Positions 50,230 through 60,344 of a stretch of 64,000 bases of DNA are shown in pieces. The position numbers and the translations under genes were made by a program. The DNA is from an uncultured virus (IMG/VR IMGVR_UViG_3300017722_003044) (lineage: Duplodnaviria > Heunggongvirae > Uroviricota > Caudoviricetes): IMG/VR virus record IMGVR_UViG_3300017722_003044. The stretch is one strand, 5' to 3'. Below the pieces are notes generated by a model that was not told the origin of the DNA, made no database searches, and saw only the letters and a program-made list of their open reading frames with translations. Every line of letters begins with the position of its first letter. Position 1 is the stretch's first letter.

Positions 50230-51690
50230 CTATAGACTGAGGTTCCAGGTGCCTTTACGATATTCACCCTCAAAGCTCAACAACCAAGTGGCACCGTTCC
50301 ATTTGTACTGCACTCCGGTGTTAAGATTGGTAACGAATTTGAATGAGACCGTTGAATCTAAAGAATTGGAATTCACGCTGGCATCAAACAATATGTTCCA
50401 TTGAGTACCATTCCATTCTATAATGTCATTGGTTTGAGCCACTAGATCTACACCACCAGTGGACTTCCAAGCATCTGCACCATCTACTTGACCAACAGCG
50501 CCTATGTCACTTAAAATCAATAATCTTAATCCTGTAATTTTGATTGCTGTAGGATTGAATGTGGCTGGATCTATAATATAATCCACTGTGCCTCTGGTGC
50601 TTACTCCGTTGAATAGTGTGTTGGTTGGAATAGTGTCTGGATCCCAATTCACAATTAATTGATTTTCATTGAGACTGTTGACAGCAAATGTACCTGACAC
50701 AGTGCCAACTATGTCTGCTCTGTCTAAAAGTATTCTGCTGATGCCTGCTTGATACACTCCAGGATATAGATCCATCACCATCTTCCAATTGGTTTGACCC
50801 AGTATTCCTTTGTCCACTATTTGAACCACGCTATTAAGAACCACTATGTCATAACCACCCGCACTAGTTAAATCCACAGCATCTGCATCTGTTCTAACAG
50901 CTTTACTCATATTAACTTTGCCGTCAGCAGTGGTATTAATATCTGATTTAGCACTATTAGCCACTCCATCTTCGTATGCTTTCAGCTCAGGCATACTCAT
51001 TCCTAAATCAATATCTCCTGATTCCTCATTGAATATGCTGGTGACAATTTTTGTAATCACTCCTAATTTTTTTACTTTGGTTGGCGGACTGATAAAAATA
51101 GGAGTTGTAAATTGTAGTGTGGCAATGTCTATCTCGCTTTCTGTGCCTGTGGGTATACCTCTTGAACTAAAAGTTATTCCATTAAGATCCAACACAGTCA
51201 AACTGGTCCAGTCCACATAATTATCTGTGGTTTGCAGTTCTAAACTGGGATTGAACAACATTAAAACTTGTTCTAATATTTGTAATTTTTGATCTGTATT
51301 AGTGGACCATACATCAACATTCACTCCCAATGTGTAAGGAGTTGGCATCAATCTTTCTACTGTGTAATTTGCTCCTTGGATATTTAAATATTCTTTGTTA
51401 TTGCTGTCAAAGGCTCTTTCTCTCACATGCAATTTGCTCACATATGAAGCATCAGCAGTACGTGTGCGATCCATTTCTAATGTGGTTACATACACTGCCA
51501 TTCTAGGAGCACTGGGAATTTTATTTTCACTGTTGTCTCTAATAATATTTGCCACTTGTCTAGTAAGGTCACCATACATCACAGGTATGGTGGTCAACGC
51601 ACCTTTGCCGTCTTTATAGGCAAAATTACTCATTAATCTCACAATTTGAGTGATGTACCTACGTATCTGTCCGTCGTAAAAAAATTGCAT
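50230..51690 (-). CDS. gp15: Tail sheath stabiliser/terminator, T4 gp15-like, with C-terminal extension
   Basis: FFYD.QIRRY, P.MYG, PRMA, P.PY.L, QKLQILEQVL.LFNP. Confidence 0.75.
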   Translation of the reverse strand: MQFFYDGQIRRYITQIVRLMSNFAYKDGKGALTTIPVMYGDLTRQVANIIRDNSENKIPSAPRMAVYVTTLEMDRTRTADASYVSKLHVRERAFDSNNKEYLNIQGANYTVERLMPTPYTLGVNVDVWSTNTDQKLQILEQVLMLFNPSLELQTTDNYVDWTSLTVLDLNGITFSSRGIPTGTESEIDIATLQFTTPIFISPPTKVKKLGVITKIVTSIFNEESGDIDLGMSMPELKAYEDGVANSAKSDINTTADGKVNMSKAVRTDADAVDLTSAGGYDIVVLNSVVQIVDKGILGQTNWKMVMDLYPGVYQAGISRILLDRADIVGTVSGTFAVNSLNENQLIVNWDPDTIPTNTLFNGVSTRGTVDYIIDPATFNPTAIKITGLRLLILSDIGAVGQVDGADAWKSTGGVDLVAQTNDIIEWNGTQWNILFDASVNSNSLDSTVSFKFVTNLNTGVQYKWNGATWLLSFEGEYRKGTWNLSL

Positions 51691-51692
51691 GA

Positions 51693-52850
51693 TTAATTGT
51701 CCGCTTTAGGTTTTAATGCTGTTGTTAAACTTTGACGTTGATCTGTAGTTACGCCCGCCACTGTGGTGGTATTAGTGTTGTTAATAAATCCTGTTTTTTG
51801 TGTATTTCTATTATTGGTATTGGTCAATGTCATTCGCACTGCATCTTCCATTTTAACCCAACGTGTACCATCATATCTGAATAATCTATTGGGTAAAAAA
51901 TCAGTGCGTAAAAAATAATTGCCTTTTTCAGATCCTTGTGGAAATCCTATGCCGTGGCCAAATACTTCACCATTGGGAGCAAAACCATCTCCCAAAAGAT
52001 AACCTTGATATCCAAGTTTGTCTGGAGTTTGATTGATTCTATCAGCTAAAACATTAGCAGTGCTGGCATCTAAATTATTCATGTCTGTGGTCACTAACTC
52101 AGGCTTCCCTTGATCATCCACCTGTAACGTATATAGGTGTTTGGTGTTATAACCACTTTTGGATATATCTGCCTCTGCTTGAGCTACCACTGCTTGATTG
52201 ATCTGCATCTCTTTTTCATATGTGCTTAACACATCTCTCAGTGTGTTTGTGCTGCCTTCTTCTGCAGGTAAATCTAATATCTCTTTGAATTCTTGGCTGT
52301 CTACTATCTGTTTAAGTTTAAGTCTATAAAGATGTGGATACCAAGTGGGCGAAAATCCTTCTGCTGCTCTGTTAATATCTTGTATTACATAAAATCTTTT
52401 GAGTGAGACTTGGTAGTCATTTAAAGCGTATTGGTCTTTTAAATGAGGTAATTCAATCACATCTCCTGACATCAACTTTCTACCAATGGTTTTTACACTA
52501 CTGTTGATATGCACAGTTAAGAAAACAGTGTCATTCTGCAAGAATAGACCAAACTGACTCATGTCAAAGTCAATGTCATTCACATTGTATATGCCTCTGA
52601 TCTGATAGATATTAGGATCATATTTTCTATCCCTATTTTCTAAGAATAGTAGGTCTTGTATGTTGGTTTCTTTCACTGAGTTGTAGTTGGGCTGTGTGGC
52701 TGTGGCATCACCCTCACTGGTGTTCACAGGACCAAGGTATTTGTGTACAAACACATCGGTACCACCCACAGTAAACATTTCAGCTATGGTTTGGTCTAAA
52801 AATGCGTAATCTTGACCCTTTTCTGGCTTGTACAAACTTAATCTAGGCAT
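51693..52850 (-). CDS. gp14: Neck protein, T4 gp14-like, with C-terminal extension
   Basis: G.DVFVHKYLG, DLLFLENRDRKY, SQFGLFL..D, GDVIELP. Adjacent to gp13 and gp15. Confidence 0.7.
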   Translation of the reverse strand: MPRLSLYKPEKGQDYAFLDQTIAEMFTVGGTDVFVHKYLGPVNTSEGDATATQPNYNSVKETNIQDLLFLENRDRKYDPNIYQIRGIYNVNDIDFDMSQFGLFLQNDTVFLTVHINSSVKTIGRKLMSGDVIELPHLKDQYALNDYQVSLKRFYVIQDINRAAEGFSPTWYPHLYRLKLKQIVDSQEFKEILDLPAEEGSTNTLRDVLSTYEKEMQINQAVVAQAEADISKSGYNTKHLYTLQVDDQGKPELVTTDMNNLDASTANVLADRINQTPDKLGYQGYLLGDGFAPNGEVFGHGIGFPQGSEKGNYFLRTDFLPNRLFRYDGTRWVKMEDAVRMTLTNTNNRNTQKTGFINNTNTTTVAGVTTDQRQSLTTALKPKADN

Positions 52851-52855
52851 GCGTA

Positions 52856-52886
52856 TATTTATTCATGCATACTCCATTGATAAATA
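52856..52886. promoter_or_regulatory. Back-to-back late promoters for gp14 (minus) and gp13 (plus)
   Basis: TAAATA on the minus strand at 52861-52856 and on the plus strand at 52881-52886. Confidence 0.7.
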
Positions 52887-52904
52887 TGTTATAGGATACA
52901 CACA

Positions 52905-53663
52905 ATGAGCGATTTGCAAACACAACGTCAAGAGATATACGATTTTGTTAAAAACATGCTGGGCGGTGGCATGGTTGAAGTGGAGCTAGATCCCAGCCAT
53001 TATGAGACCGCTTTAACTAGAACCTTAGGCAGATATAGACAAAGATCTGACAACTCAGTGGAGGAAAGTTATATTTTTTTAAACACAGTCTTGGATCAAA
53101 ACAGTTACACATTGGCCAATGAAATTATGGAAGTAAAACAACTGTTTAGAAGATCCGTAGGATCACGTTCAGGTGGTGGAGACGGTGGCACATTGTTTGA
53201 ACCTTTCAATTTGGCCTACACCAACACCTATCTTTTGTCCAGCAGTAATCTTGGTGGCATAGCTACCTACAATATGTTTTCACAATATCAAGAATTGGTG
53301 GGTAGAATGTTTGGTAGTTTTATAGAGTTCAAATGGAATCCAACCACAAAAGTATTAACACTGTTACAAAGACCCAGAGCCAACGAAACTTTGCTGTTGT
53401 CTGCATACAATTTCAGACCTGAAAGTCAATTGTTACAGGATTACAAAGCTAGAGAATGGATCAAAAGTTACACACTGGCAAACTGCAAATACATGTTGGG
53501 TGAAGCTAGATCCAAATTCAACACAGTGGCTGGTCCACAAGGTGGTACTACCTTAAATGGGGACAGTCTTAAAGCCGAAGCACAAGCAGAAATGGACAGA
53601 TTGGACGCAGAACTGGCCACGCAAATGGCTGGCGGCGTTGGCTATCACTTCACAATTGGTTAA
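52905..53663 (+). CDS. gp13: Neck protein, T4 gp13-like
   Basis: LGGGMVEVEL, WIKSY.LA.CK..LGEARSKF....GPQGG.TLNG..LK.EA. Confidence 0.85.
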   Translation: MSDLQTQRQEIYDFVKNMLGGGMVEVELDPSHYETALTRTLGRYRQRSDNSVEESYIFLNTVLDQNSYTLANEIMEVKQLFRRSVGSRSGGGDGGTLFEPFNLAYTNTYLLSSSNLGGIATYNMFSQYQELVGRMFGSFIEFKWNPTTKVLTLLQRPRANETLLLSAYNFRPESQLLQDYKAREWIKSYTLANCKYMLGEARSKFNTVAGPQGGTTLNGDSLKAEAQAEMDRLDAELATQMAGGVGYHFTIG

Positions 53664-53670
53664 AATTACA

Positions 53671-53699
53671 TTGACAATCACATAAATTTAAAGTACAAT
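53671..53699 (+). promoter_or_regulatory. Sigma70-type promoter for dNMP kinase
   Basis: TTGACA (53671-53676), 17-nt spacer, TACAAT (53694-53699). Confidence 0.8.
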
Positions 53700-53710
53700 A
53701 GTACTTTAAT

Positions 53711-54304
53711 ATGATCATCGGAATCTGTGGACTTATAGGCAGTGGCAAGGATACCATTGCAGACTATCTAGTTGAAAAACATAATTTTACAAAAATGTCA
53801 TTTGCTGACAAATTAAAAGATGCAGTGTCTCAAATGTTTGAATGGGATAGAGAATTGTTGGATGGAAAAACAGCCGCAAGTAGAAAATGGCGCGAAGAAC
53901 CTGATGCATACTGGAGCAAAGAAGTAGGCAGTGTGATCACTCCTAGGCTGGCTTTGCAAAAATTTGGCACTGAGTGCATGCGCAATGGATTCTTTGATGG
54001 CATTTGGGTCAGTTTGCTTAAGAAAAAAATTACTGAAAATCCCCACATGAATTGGGTGATTCCAGATGTGCGTTTTTTGAATGAAGCAGATATGATCAAA
54101 TCAGTGAGTGGCAAAGTGTGGTGGGTTAAAAGAAGTCCCTTGCCCTTATGGTTTAAAATATATCAGGACGTAGGAGTTGAGCCTACAGACATTCATCCCA
54201 GCGAATGGGCATGGGCCACATGCAACTTTGATGCAGAATTAGACAACAACAGCACCATTGCACATCTTAGAAATCAGGTACAAGGTCTCCTTGCACCCAT
54301 TTAA
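53711..54304 (+). CDS. Deoxynucleoside monophosphate kinase, T4 gp1-like
   Basis: IIGICGLIGSGKDT, SFADKLKD, TPR.ALQ.FGTE..R, VIPDVRF.NE, H.SE. Confidence 0.92.
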   Translation: MIIGICGLIGSGKDTIADYLVEKHNFTKMSFADKLKDAVSQMFEWDRELLDGKTAASRKWREEPDAYWSKEVGSVITPRLALQKFGTECMRNGFFDGIWVSLLKKKITENPHMNWVIPDVRFLNEADMIKSVSGKVWWVKRSPLPLWFKIYQDVGVEPTDIHPSEWAWATCNFDAELDNNSTIAHLRNQVQGLLAPI

Positions 54305-54608
54305 TACCTTGTGCTTGTAACACTCTCTGACAGTTAGCACACACTGTTTTAAGATTATTAAATCTACAATTGTTTAGATTGCCATCCACATGAAACACAT
54401 TGAATTGTTGATCATGTTTGCTTTTATATGTACACTTATCGCATTCGTTCTTTTTAATATATCCAGATTGCTGCCATTTGGGTATGCCCATGGATTTGCC
54501 TTTGTATCTAATGCACAGTTCACACTGGCTTCTGTAGAATACCTTGTTTGCTTTGTGATAATTCACAGCACAAGGGCGTTGTTTACAGGTCCTACACAAA
54601 GATCTCAT
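54267..54608 (-). CDS. Zn-binding HNH-like protein
   Basis: CxxC pairs plus HVDGNLNN...NL.TVCANC. Start reassigned to MRSLCRTC (54608), 4 nt after a minus-strand TAAATA. Confidence 0.7.
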   Translation of the reverse strand: MRSLCRTCKQRPCAVNYHKANKVFYRSQCELCIRYKGKSMGIPKWQQSGYIKKNECDKCTYKSKHDQQFNVFHVDGNLNNCRFNNLKTVCANCQRVLQAQGIKWVQGDLVPDF

Positions 54609-54716
54609 AGCGTATTTAGCTGCCCTTTTTAGGCCCTTTTTGTTGGGTTTATCAGGCATCTTTTTGAGCTATCTGAATAAATATATTCAAATAAGTCATA
54701 GATAGGAGAAAATAAT

Positions 54717-57700
54717 ATGGCACTAGTATCACCAGGCGTACAAGTTACAGTAATAGACGAAAGTTTTTATACACCAGCGGAACCAGGTACAGTTCCGATG
54801 ATTTTCATTGCCACTAGGCAAAACAAAGCAAACGCCTCAGCCACAGGCACAGCAATAGGAACCACAAAAGCCAATGCTGGAAAACCTTTCTTAATAACTT
54901 CTCAAAGAGATTTAAGTGATACTTTTGGTGATGCAGTATTTGTCACAGACTCAAACAATAATCCAATTCACGGTGGAGAAACCAACGAATATGGTTTACA
55001 AGCTGCATACTCTTACTTAGGAATCAGCAATAGAGCATACGTTGTAAGAGCAGACATTGACCTAGCAGAGTTAGCAGCATCAGCCTCAGCTCCTGAAGCA
55101 AATCCTGCTGCAGGCACTTATTGGTTTGACACAGGTAACACATTGTTTGGAATATTCGAATGGAACGCAAATCCAATCACTGCCACCAATGGACAAACAT
55201 TTGCAAACAAAGTACCAACAGTAGTCACTGCTACAGAATTAGATCAACTTGTAGGAGACACTGCAGGTAATGCTCCAAAAAGTTCAAGTGGAAAAATTGG
55301 TGATTATCTTATCAATGCTACCACAACATTTAATAATCTTTATTTTAAAAATTATCTTGGCACTTGGGTGCTAGTTGGCAGCAACGCTTGGAAAGCCAGT
55401 CATCCTACAATTTTAGGTTCTGCGCAAAATCCAGGAGCACTTTCAGGAACTTTTTCAATCAATGGCACAAACATTACAGCAGTAACTTTAGGCGCACTGG
55501 TCACTGCCATTAACGGAGCTGGCATATCAGGTGTTACAGCAGCAAGTGTCAACTCAGCGTTGGCAATATTTTCAACCACTAACAATCTTGCAATAGCACT
55601 AGTGTCAGGCACAATATTAACAACTTTAGGAATCACAGCAGGCACTTACTACATACCATCAGTGACCACTGCTTCACACACACAGGTTCCATTGTACAAA
55701 TCTACAGATGCAAATCCAAGACCTACAGGTTCTTTATGGATCAAGATTACTGCACCAAATCAAGGAGCTAGATTCAAAGTTAAAAAATTCAACGGAGTAA
55801 CCAATCTATTTGAAGATGTGGCAGCTCCATTGTACAACAGCAATGAATCAGCTGTGTACAACTTAGATAGAACAGGTGGTGGAGTCAACATACCATTGGG
55901 TGCGTTGTATGTAAATTCCAACAACACCAGTGATGAAGTTGATTACAGAATTTTAAGAAAACAAAATGGTGGCGCTACAATTATCAAATCAAGTGTGATT
56001 ACCACTCAGTTAGTAGCAGGCAATTACACATTCACAATGGCAGAGTCCAAAGTTAATCAAGAATCTTTAGATGCAGCAAAAACAATCACTTTATCTTCAG
56101 GCACTTCAAATGCAATGGCAGGAGCTTCAGGTGATGCTAACAAAATTGCAACAGCCATTAATGCAGCTGGCTTTACCAACATTCAAGCAAGTGTGGACAC
56201 TTTGAATCGCATAGTGATAGCACACAATTTAGGCGGCGAAATTAAAATCACTGACACCGATGATTTATTAAGTTTAGCAGGTTTTGTAGGAGAGTCCACT
56301 GACAATCTTTACAATGATGATGCTACTGACGGGTCAACCAACCCAGTGGTATTAAGAGCATCTAATTTTAAAATATTATCATATGTAGCAGGCACAAATA
56401 ATCCAACCAGTTTGACTACTGATGGTAGATTATGGTACAGCTCTGTGGTAGATGAAGTTGACATAATGTATCACAATGGTACCACTTGGAAGGGTTACAG
56501 AGATGCAGCAGCGTTTCCTAACACTGATCCAAACGGTCCAATTGTTTCAGCCACTCAACCAACTGAACAAAGCGATGAAACAGTTTTAGTGACTGGTGAC
56601 ATATGGATTGACTCCAGTGATTTAGAAAACTATCCAAAAATTTACAGATGGAATTCAATCACAGCAAGATTTACAGCAGTTGACAATTCAGATCAAACCA
56701 CTGAAAATGGAATCATATTTGCTGATGCAAGATATGGAACCTCTGGCACACTCAGTGAAGATCCTGCTACCATTGTAGCATTATTGACTAGTAACTTTGT
56801 AGACTTCGATGCTCCAGATCCAGCCTTGTATCCAAAAGGCATGTTGTTGTTCAACACACGCAGAAGCGGATTCAATGTGAAAAAATTCATGAGAAACTAT
56901 GTGAATGTAAATGAGTCTAACACTAGGTTCCCAGAATCTATGTCTGCTTATTACCCACACAGATGGAAAACTGAATCTGCAAACCAAGTGAACGGCGCAG
57001 GCACATTTGGAAGAAAAGCACAAAGAGCAGTTGTGGTACAACAGTTACAAGCAATGTTGAATTCCAACGATGCTATTAGAGATGATGCATCAAGATTGTT
57101 CAACTTGATGGCATGTCCTGCTTACCCAGAATTAATTGGAGAAATGGTAACATTAAACTATGACAGAGGTTTGACAGCTTTTGTAATAGGTGATGCTCCA
57201 TTTAGATTGGCTCCAGACGCAACTTCTTTAAATGAGTGGGCCACAAACGTAAACCTTGCAGTGCAAGACAGTGATGCAGGATTAACCACACGAGATGAAT
57301 ACTTAGGTGTATTTTATCCATCAGGATTTACCAGTGACAACGCTGGTAGAGATGTTGTAGTTCCACCAAGTCACATGATACTTAGAACTATTGCATTGAG
57401 CGATCAAGTTTCTTATCCTTGGTTCGCACCAGCAGGTACGAGACGTGGTGGCATTACTAATGCTTCTGCAGTTGGTTTTGTAAGCTCTGAAGGCGAATTT
57501 GTGAACACAGTATTGAATGAAGGTCAAAGAGATACATTGTACTCTTCAAATGTGAACCCAATCACAGTGATCACAGGAGCAGGTCTTGTTAACTATGGTC
57601 AAAAAACCAGAGCAAGAAATGCATCAGCATTGGACAGAATCAACGTGGCAAGATTGGTAATCTACATGAGAAGCCAGTTACAAAAATTAGCTAAACCTTA

Positions 57701-57950
57701 TGTGTTTGAACCCAATGACAAAATCACTAGAGATGAAATCAAACAACAAACAGAAAGTTTATTGCTAGAGTTAGTAGGCACTAGAGCACTGTATGACTTC
57801 TTAGTCGTGTGCGATGAGAGCAACAACACTCCAGCCAGAATAGATCGTAATGAATTGTACTTGGACATAGCAATTGAACCAGTAAAAGCAGTTGAGTTCA
57901 TTTACATACCGTTACGTTTAAAAAACACAGGGGAAATATCAGGTTTATAA
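54717..57950 (+). CDS. gp18: Tail sheath protein, T4 gp18-like (1077 aa)
   Basis: LVSPGVQV.VIDES, PPSH..LR, PWFAPAG.RRG, YGQKT, ALDRINV.RL, FEPND..TR, VCDESNNTP..IDRNEL. Confidence 0.95.
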   Translation: MALVSPGVQVTVIDESFYTPAEPGTVPMIFIATRQNKANASATGTAIGTTKANAGKPFLITSQRDLSDTFGDAVFVTDSNNNPIHGGETNEYGLQAAYSYLGISNRAYVVRADIDLAELAASASAPEANPAAGTYWFDTGNTLFGIFEWNANPITATNGQTFANKVPTVVTATELDQLVGDTAGNAPKSSSGKIGDYLINATTTFNNLYFKNYLGTWVLVGSNAWKASHPTILGSAQNPGALSGTFSINGTNITAVTLGALVTAINGAGISGVTAASVNSALAIFSTTNNLAIALVSGTILTTLGITAGTYYIPSVTTASHTQVPLYKSTDANPRPTGSLWIKITAPNQGARFKVKKFNGVTNLFEDVAAPLYNSNESAVYNLDRTGGGVNIPLGALYVNSNNTSDEVDYRILRKQNGGATIIKSSVITTQLVAGNYTFTMAESKVNQESLDAAKTITLSSGTSNAMAGASGDANKIATAINAAGFTNIQASVDTLNRIVIAHNLGGEIKITDTDDLLSLAGFVGESTDNLYNDDATDGSTNPVVLRASNFKILSYVAGTNNPTSLTTDGRLWYSSVVDEVDIMYHNGTTWKGYRDAAAFPNTDPNGPIVSATQPTEQSDETVLVTGDIWIDSSDLENYPKIYRWNSITARFTAVDNSDQTTENGIIFADARYGTSGTLSEDPATIVALLTSNFVDFDAPDPALYPKGMLLFNTRRSGFNVKKFMRNYVNVNESNTRFPESMSAYYPHRWKTESANQVNGAGTFGRKAQRAVVVQQLQAMLNSNDAIRDDASRLFNLMACPAYPELIGEMVTLNYDRGLTAFVIGDAPFRLAPDATSLNEWATNVNLAVQDSDAGLTTRDEYLGVFYPSGFTSDNAGRDVVVPPSHMILRTIALSDQVSYPWFAPAGTRRGGITNASAVGFVSSEGEFVNTVLNEGQRDTLYSSNVNPITVITGAGLVNYGQKTRARNASALDRINVARLVIYMRSQLQKLAKPYVFEPNDKITRDEIKQQTESLLLELVGTRALYDFLVVCDESNNTPARIDRNELYLDIAIEPVKAVEFIYIPLRLKNTGEISGL

Positions 57951-57956
57951 TTAACT

Positions 57957-57964
57957 TATAAATA
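57957..57964 (+). promoter_or_regulatory. Full T4 late promoter consensus TATAAATA
   Basis: Exact TATAAATA before the tube gene. Also present at 58685-58692. Confidence 0.8.
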
Positions 57965-57982
57965 CTATTAATAGGAGAAACA

Positions 57983-58609
57983 ATGAGTATATCTACACTA
58001 TCTAAATTAACAGTACCTTTGGCCAGCAACGCAAGTGCGTCGGGTCAAGGTTTGTTGATGCCAAAACTGCAGTATCGTTTTAGAGTATCTTTGGAAAATT
58101 TTGGCGTGTCAACACCAACCACAGAATTGACAAAACAGGTGATGGACGTAACCAGACCAAATTTATCTTTTGAAAAAATTACTTTGGATGTGTACAACTC
58201 AAAAGTTTATCTAGCTGGCAAACACACTTGGGAGCCTATCACATTAAATTTAAGAGAAGATGTCAACAACAACGTTCAAAAATTAGTGGGCGAACAGTTA
58301 CAGAAACAATTTGACTTCTTTGAACAATCCGCAGCAGCATCAGGAGCTGATTATAAATTCTTAACTAGAATTGAAATATTAGATGGTGGCAATGGCGCAT
58401 TAAGTCCAAACATTCTAGAAACTTTTGAACTGTATGGTTGCTATTTAGAAAGCGCCAACTACAATTCTTTAGCTTATCAAGAAAACACACCCGTCAGCGT
58501 AACTCTAGCCATAGCCTATGATAATGCCATACAAACACCTAAAGGCACTGGCATTGGCACAGAAGTAGGCAGAACAATCAGTTCATTAGCCACAGGCGGC
58601 GGACAATAA
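57983..58609 (+). CDS. gp19: Tail tube protein, T4 gp19-like
   Basis: PKLQYRFRV, RP.LSF, YLAGK.TW..ITL, ELYGC, I.YDNA. Follows the sheath gene. SD AGGAG. Confidence 0.88.
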   Translation: MSISTLSKLTVPLASNASASGQGLLMPKLQYRFRVSLENFGVSTPTTELTKQVMDVTRPNLSFEKITLDVYNSKVYLAGKHTWEPITLNLREDVNNNVQKLVGEQLQKQFDFFEQSAAASGADYKFLTRIEILDGGNGALSPNILETFELYGCYLESANYNSLAYQENTPVSVTLAIAYDNAIQTPKGTGIGTEVGRTISSLATGGGQ

Positions 58610-58628
58610 TCCATAATTAAATTGATTC

Positions 58629-58663
58629 AAAAAAGGGGTCTTACACGGCCCCTTTTTTTATTT
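58629..58663 (+). terminator. Intrinsic terminator after tube gene
   Basis: aaaaaaggggtc-ttacac-ggccccttttttt. Confidence 0.85.
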
Positions 58664-58697
58664 ACATAGCATAGATTTACAGCATATAAATAATAGC

Positions 58698-59831
58698 ATG
58701 CCTAGTTTAATCAAAGGATTTTTAGATAACGTATTCAAAGGAGCTCTCAATCCCAAAGGTAATCTAGCAGATTATCAACACGCAGCAAGGATGTTTGTGG
58801 ATGATAGTTTTAGACTGGCTCCAAAACAAAAATTTTTATATCACGTATCTTTTAACATCAATGATAAAGCTGCAATTTCACTTCCTAATTTTAATTCAAC
58901 AGTCACTGAAGAATTAAACATGTTGGTCAAATCAGTGGATCTACCTAAGTATTCAATCACCACCACTACCAAACAACAGTATAATAAAAAAAGAAAATTG
59001 CAAACAAGACTGGATTATGATCCAATCACCATTGTGTTTCACGATGATAATTATGGAATAACCACTGCCATGTGGCAATTGTATTATCAATATTATTTTC
59101 GAGATGGCACTTACAGAACTAAAGATCGCTCAGGCAATGTGAACAGCACTGTGCCTCCACAATACAGCAGAGGTAGTTTTTACAATGATGAAGAATTTAA
59201 CAAATATAGATATGGATTAGATAATGATTCTTCCTATGCTTTTTTTAATTCAATACAGATATATCAGATGGCAAGAAAAAGATACACTTGTTATACCTTG
59301 GTTAATCCATTGATTACAGCATGGCAGGGTGACACATTAGCATATGGCAACAACGACACAGCAGCAAACCAGATGACCATAGAATATGAAACAGTTTTTA
59401 TCAGCAGAGGACCAGTGCAAGCTGGAATTGCTCCAAAAGGATTTGGTGGCAGACACTATGATCGATCACCCAGTCCGTTATCATTAGCTGGTGGAGGGAC
59501 TCAAAGTTTACTTGGTACTGGAGGAGTCCTCAGTGGTGTTGCTGACATACTTGGTTTTGGCGGCGGTAACAGTCCGTTTTCAGACATAGAAGGATCTAAT
59601 TCAAGAGGTGGAGGATCATTGTTAAAAAAAGCCATAGGCATTGCAAACGCAATTAAGAATGCTAAGAGATTAGGCAAAGATGGATTGAAGCAGGAAGGAT
59701 TACAAGTGTTAAGAGGAGGACTAGAACAAATACAGAGAGGTGGAGTCAGCGGATTGGCCAACACTGTAATGCCAAAAACTAACACAGCAGCAGGCAATAC
59801 CACTGTGGCAAGTTTGAAACGAGGTTTATAA
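58698..59831 (+). CDS. Tube-fold baseplate/tube-initiator protein (gp48/gp54-like)
   Basis: LVKSVDLPKY, QYNKKR..QT..YDPITIVFHDD and M.IEYE resemble the tube fold. Gly-rich C-terminus. Confidence 0.55.
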   Translation: MPSLIKGFLDNVFKGALNPKGNLADYQHAARMFVDDSFRLAPKQKFLYHVSFNINDKAAISLPNFNSTVTEELNMLVKSVDLPKYSITTTTKQQYNKKRKLQTRLDYDPITIVFHDDNYGITTAMWQLYYQYYFRDGTYRTKDRSGNVNSTVPPQYSRGSFYNDEEFNKYRYGLDNDSSYAFFNSIQIYQMARKRYTCYTLVNPLITAWQGDTLAYGNNDTAANQMTIEYETVFISRGPVQAGIAPKGFGGRHYDRSPSPLSLAGGGTQSLLGTGGVLSGVADILGFGGGNSPFSDIEGSNSRGGGSLLKKAIGIANAIKNAKRLGKDGLKQEGLQVLRGGLEQIQRGGVSGLANTVMPKTNTAAGNTTVASLKRGL

Positions 59832-59832
59832 T

Positions 59833-60342
59833 ATGCCAATTGATCCTAGATTATTAAGTCAACAAAATATTACAATACCAGATGAAGAAAGTGATCTGTA
59901 CCAGATCAATGATGATATTATAAATCAAAATGTCAGCAATCAATCTTATGATGTGCCTGCGCCTACATTAACCTACAGCAATAATATTGGTCAAACAAAG
60001 ATCAATGACAGTGCAGAACAAGTTAAAAATTTCTTTGACAAATATTTTGTTGAACCAATCAGTTTGCCAGCTGGTGAAGTAGATGCAGTGGTTGGATTTT
60101 TTGAAAAAAGAAAATTTGAAAAAACAGCAGCAGTGAGTGTTGCAACAATTTTGTTACAACAAGCAAGAATTGATAATGTGGATGTGTTTGTGTTATTAGA
60201 CACACTTAAAGGAATTACAGATGTGCAACTCAGCAATGTAGTGACTGAGATTCTCAACGTGAATAGATCTAAAATTTCTACACTGGGATTCAAAGTAGAA
60301 AACACACAGAATCAATTTGAAAAACGTAACATAGTGGTATAA
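59833..60342 (+). CDS. Hypothetical protein
   Basis: 169-aa ORF tightly packed between tail genes. Confidence 0.7.
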   Translation: MPIDPRLLSQQNITIPDEESDLYQINDDIINQNVSNQSYDVPAPTLTYSNNIGQTKINDSAEQVKNFFDKYFVEPISLPAGEVDAVVGFFEKRKFEKTAAVSVATILLQQARIDNVDVFVLLDTLKGITDVQLSNVVTEILNVNRSKISTLGFKVENTQNQFEKRNIVV

Positions 60343-60344
60343 TC

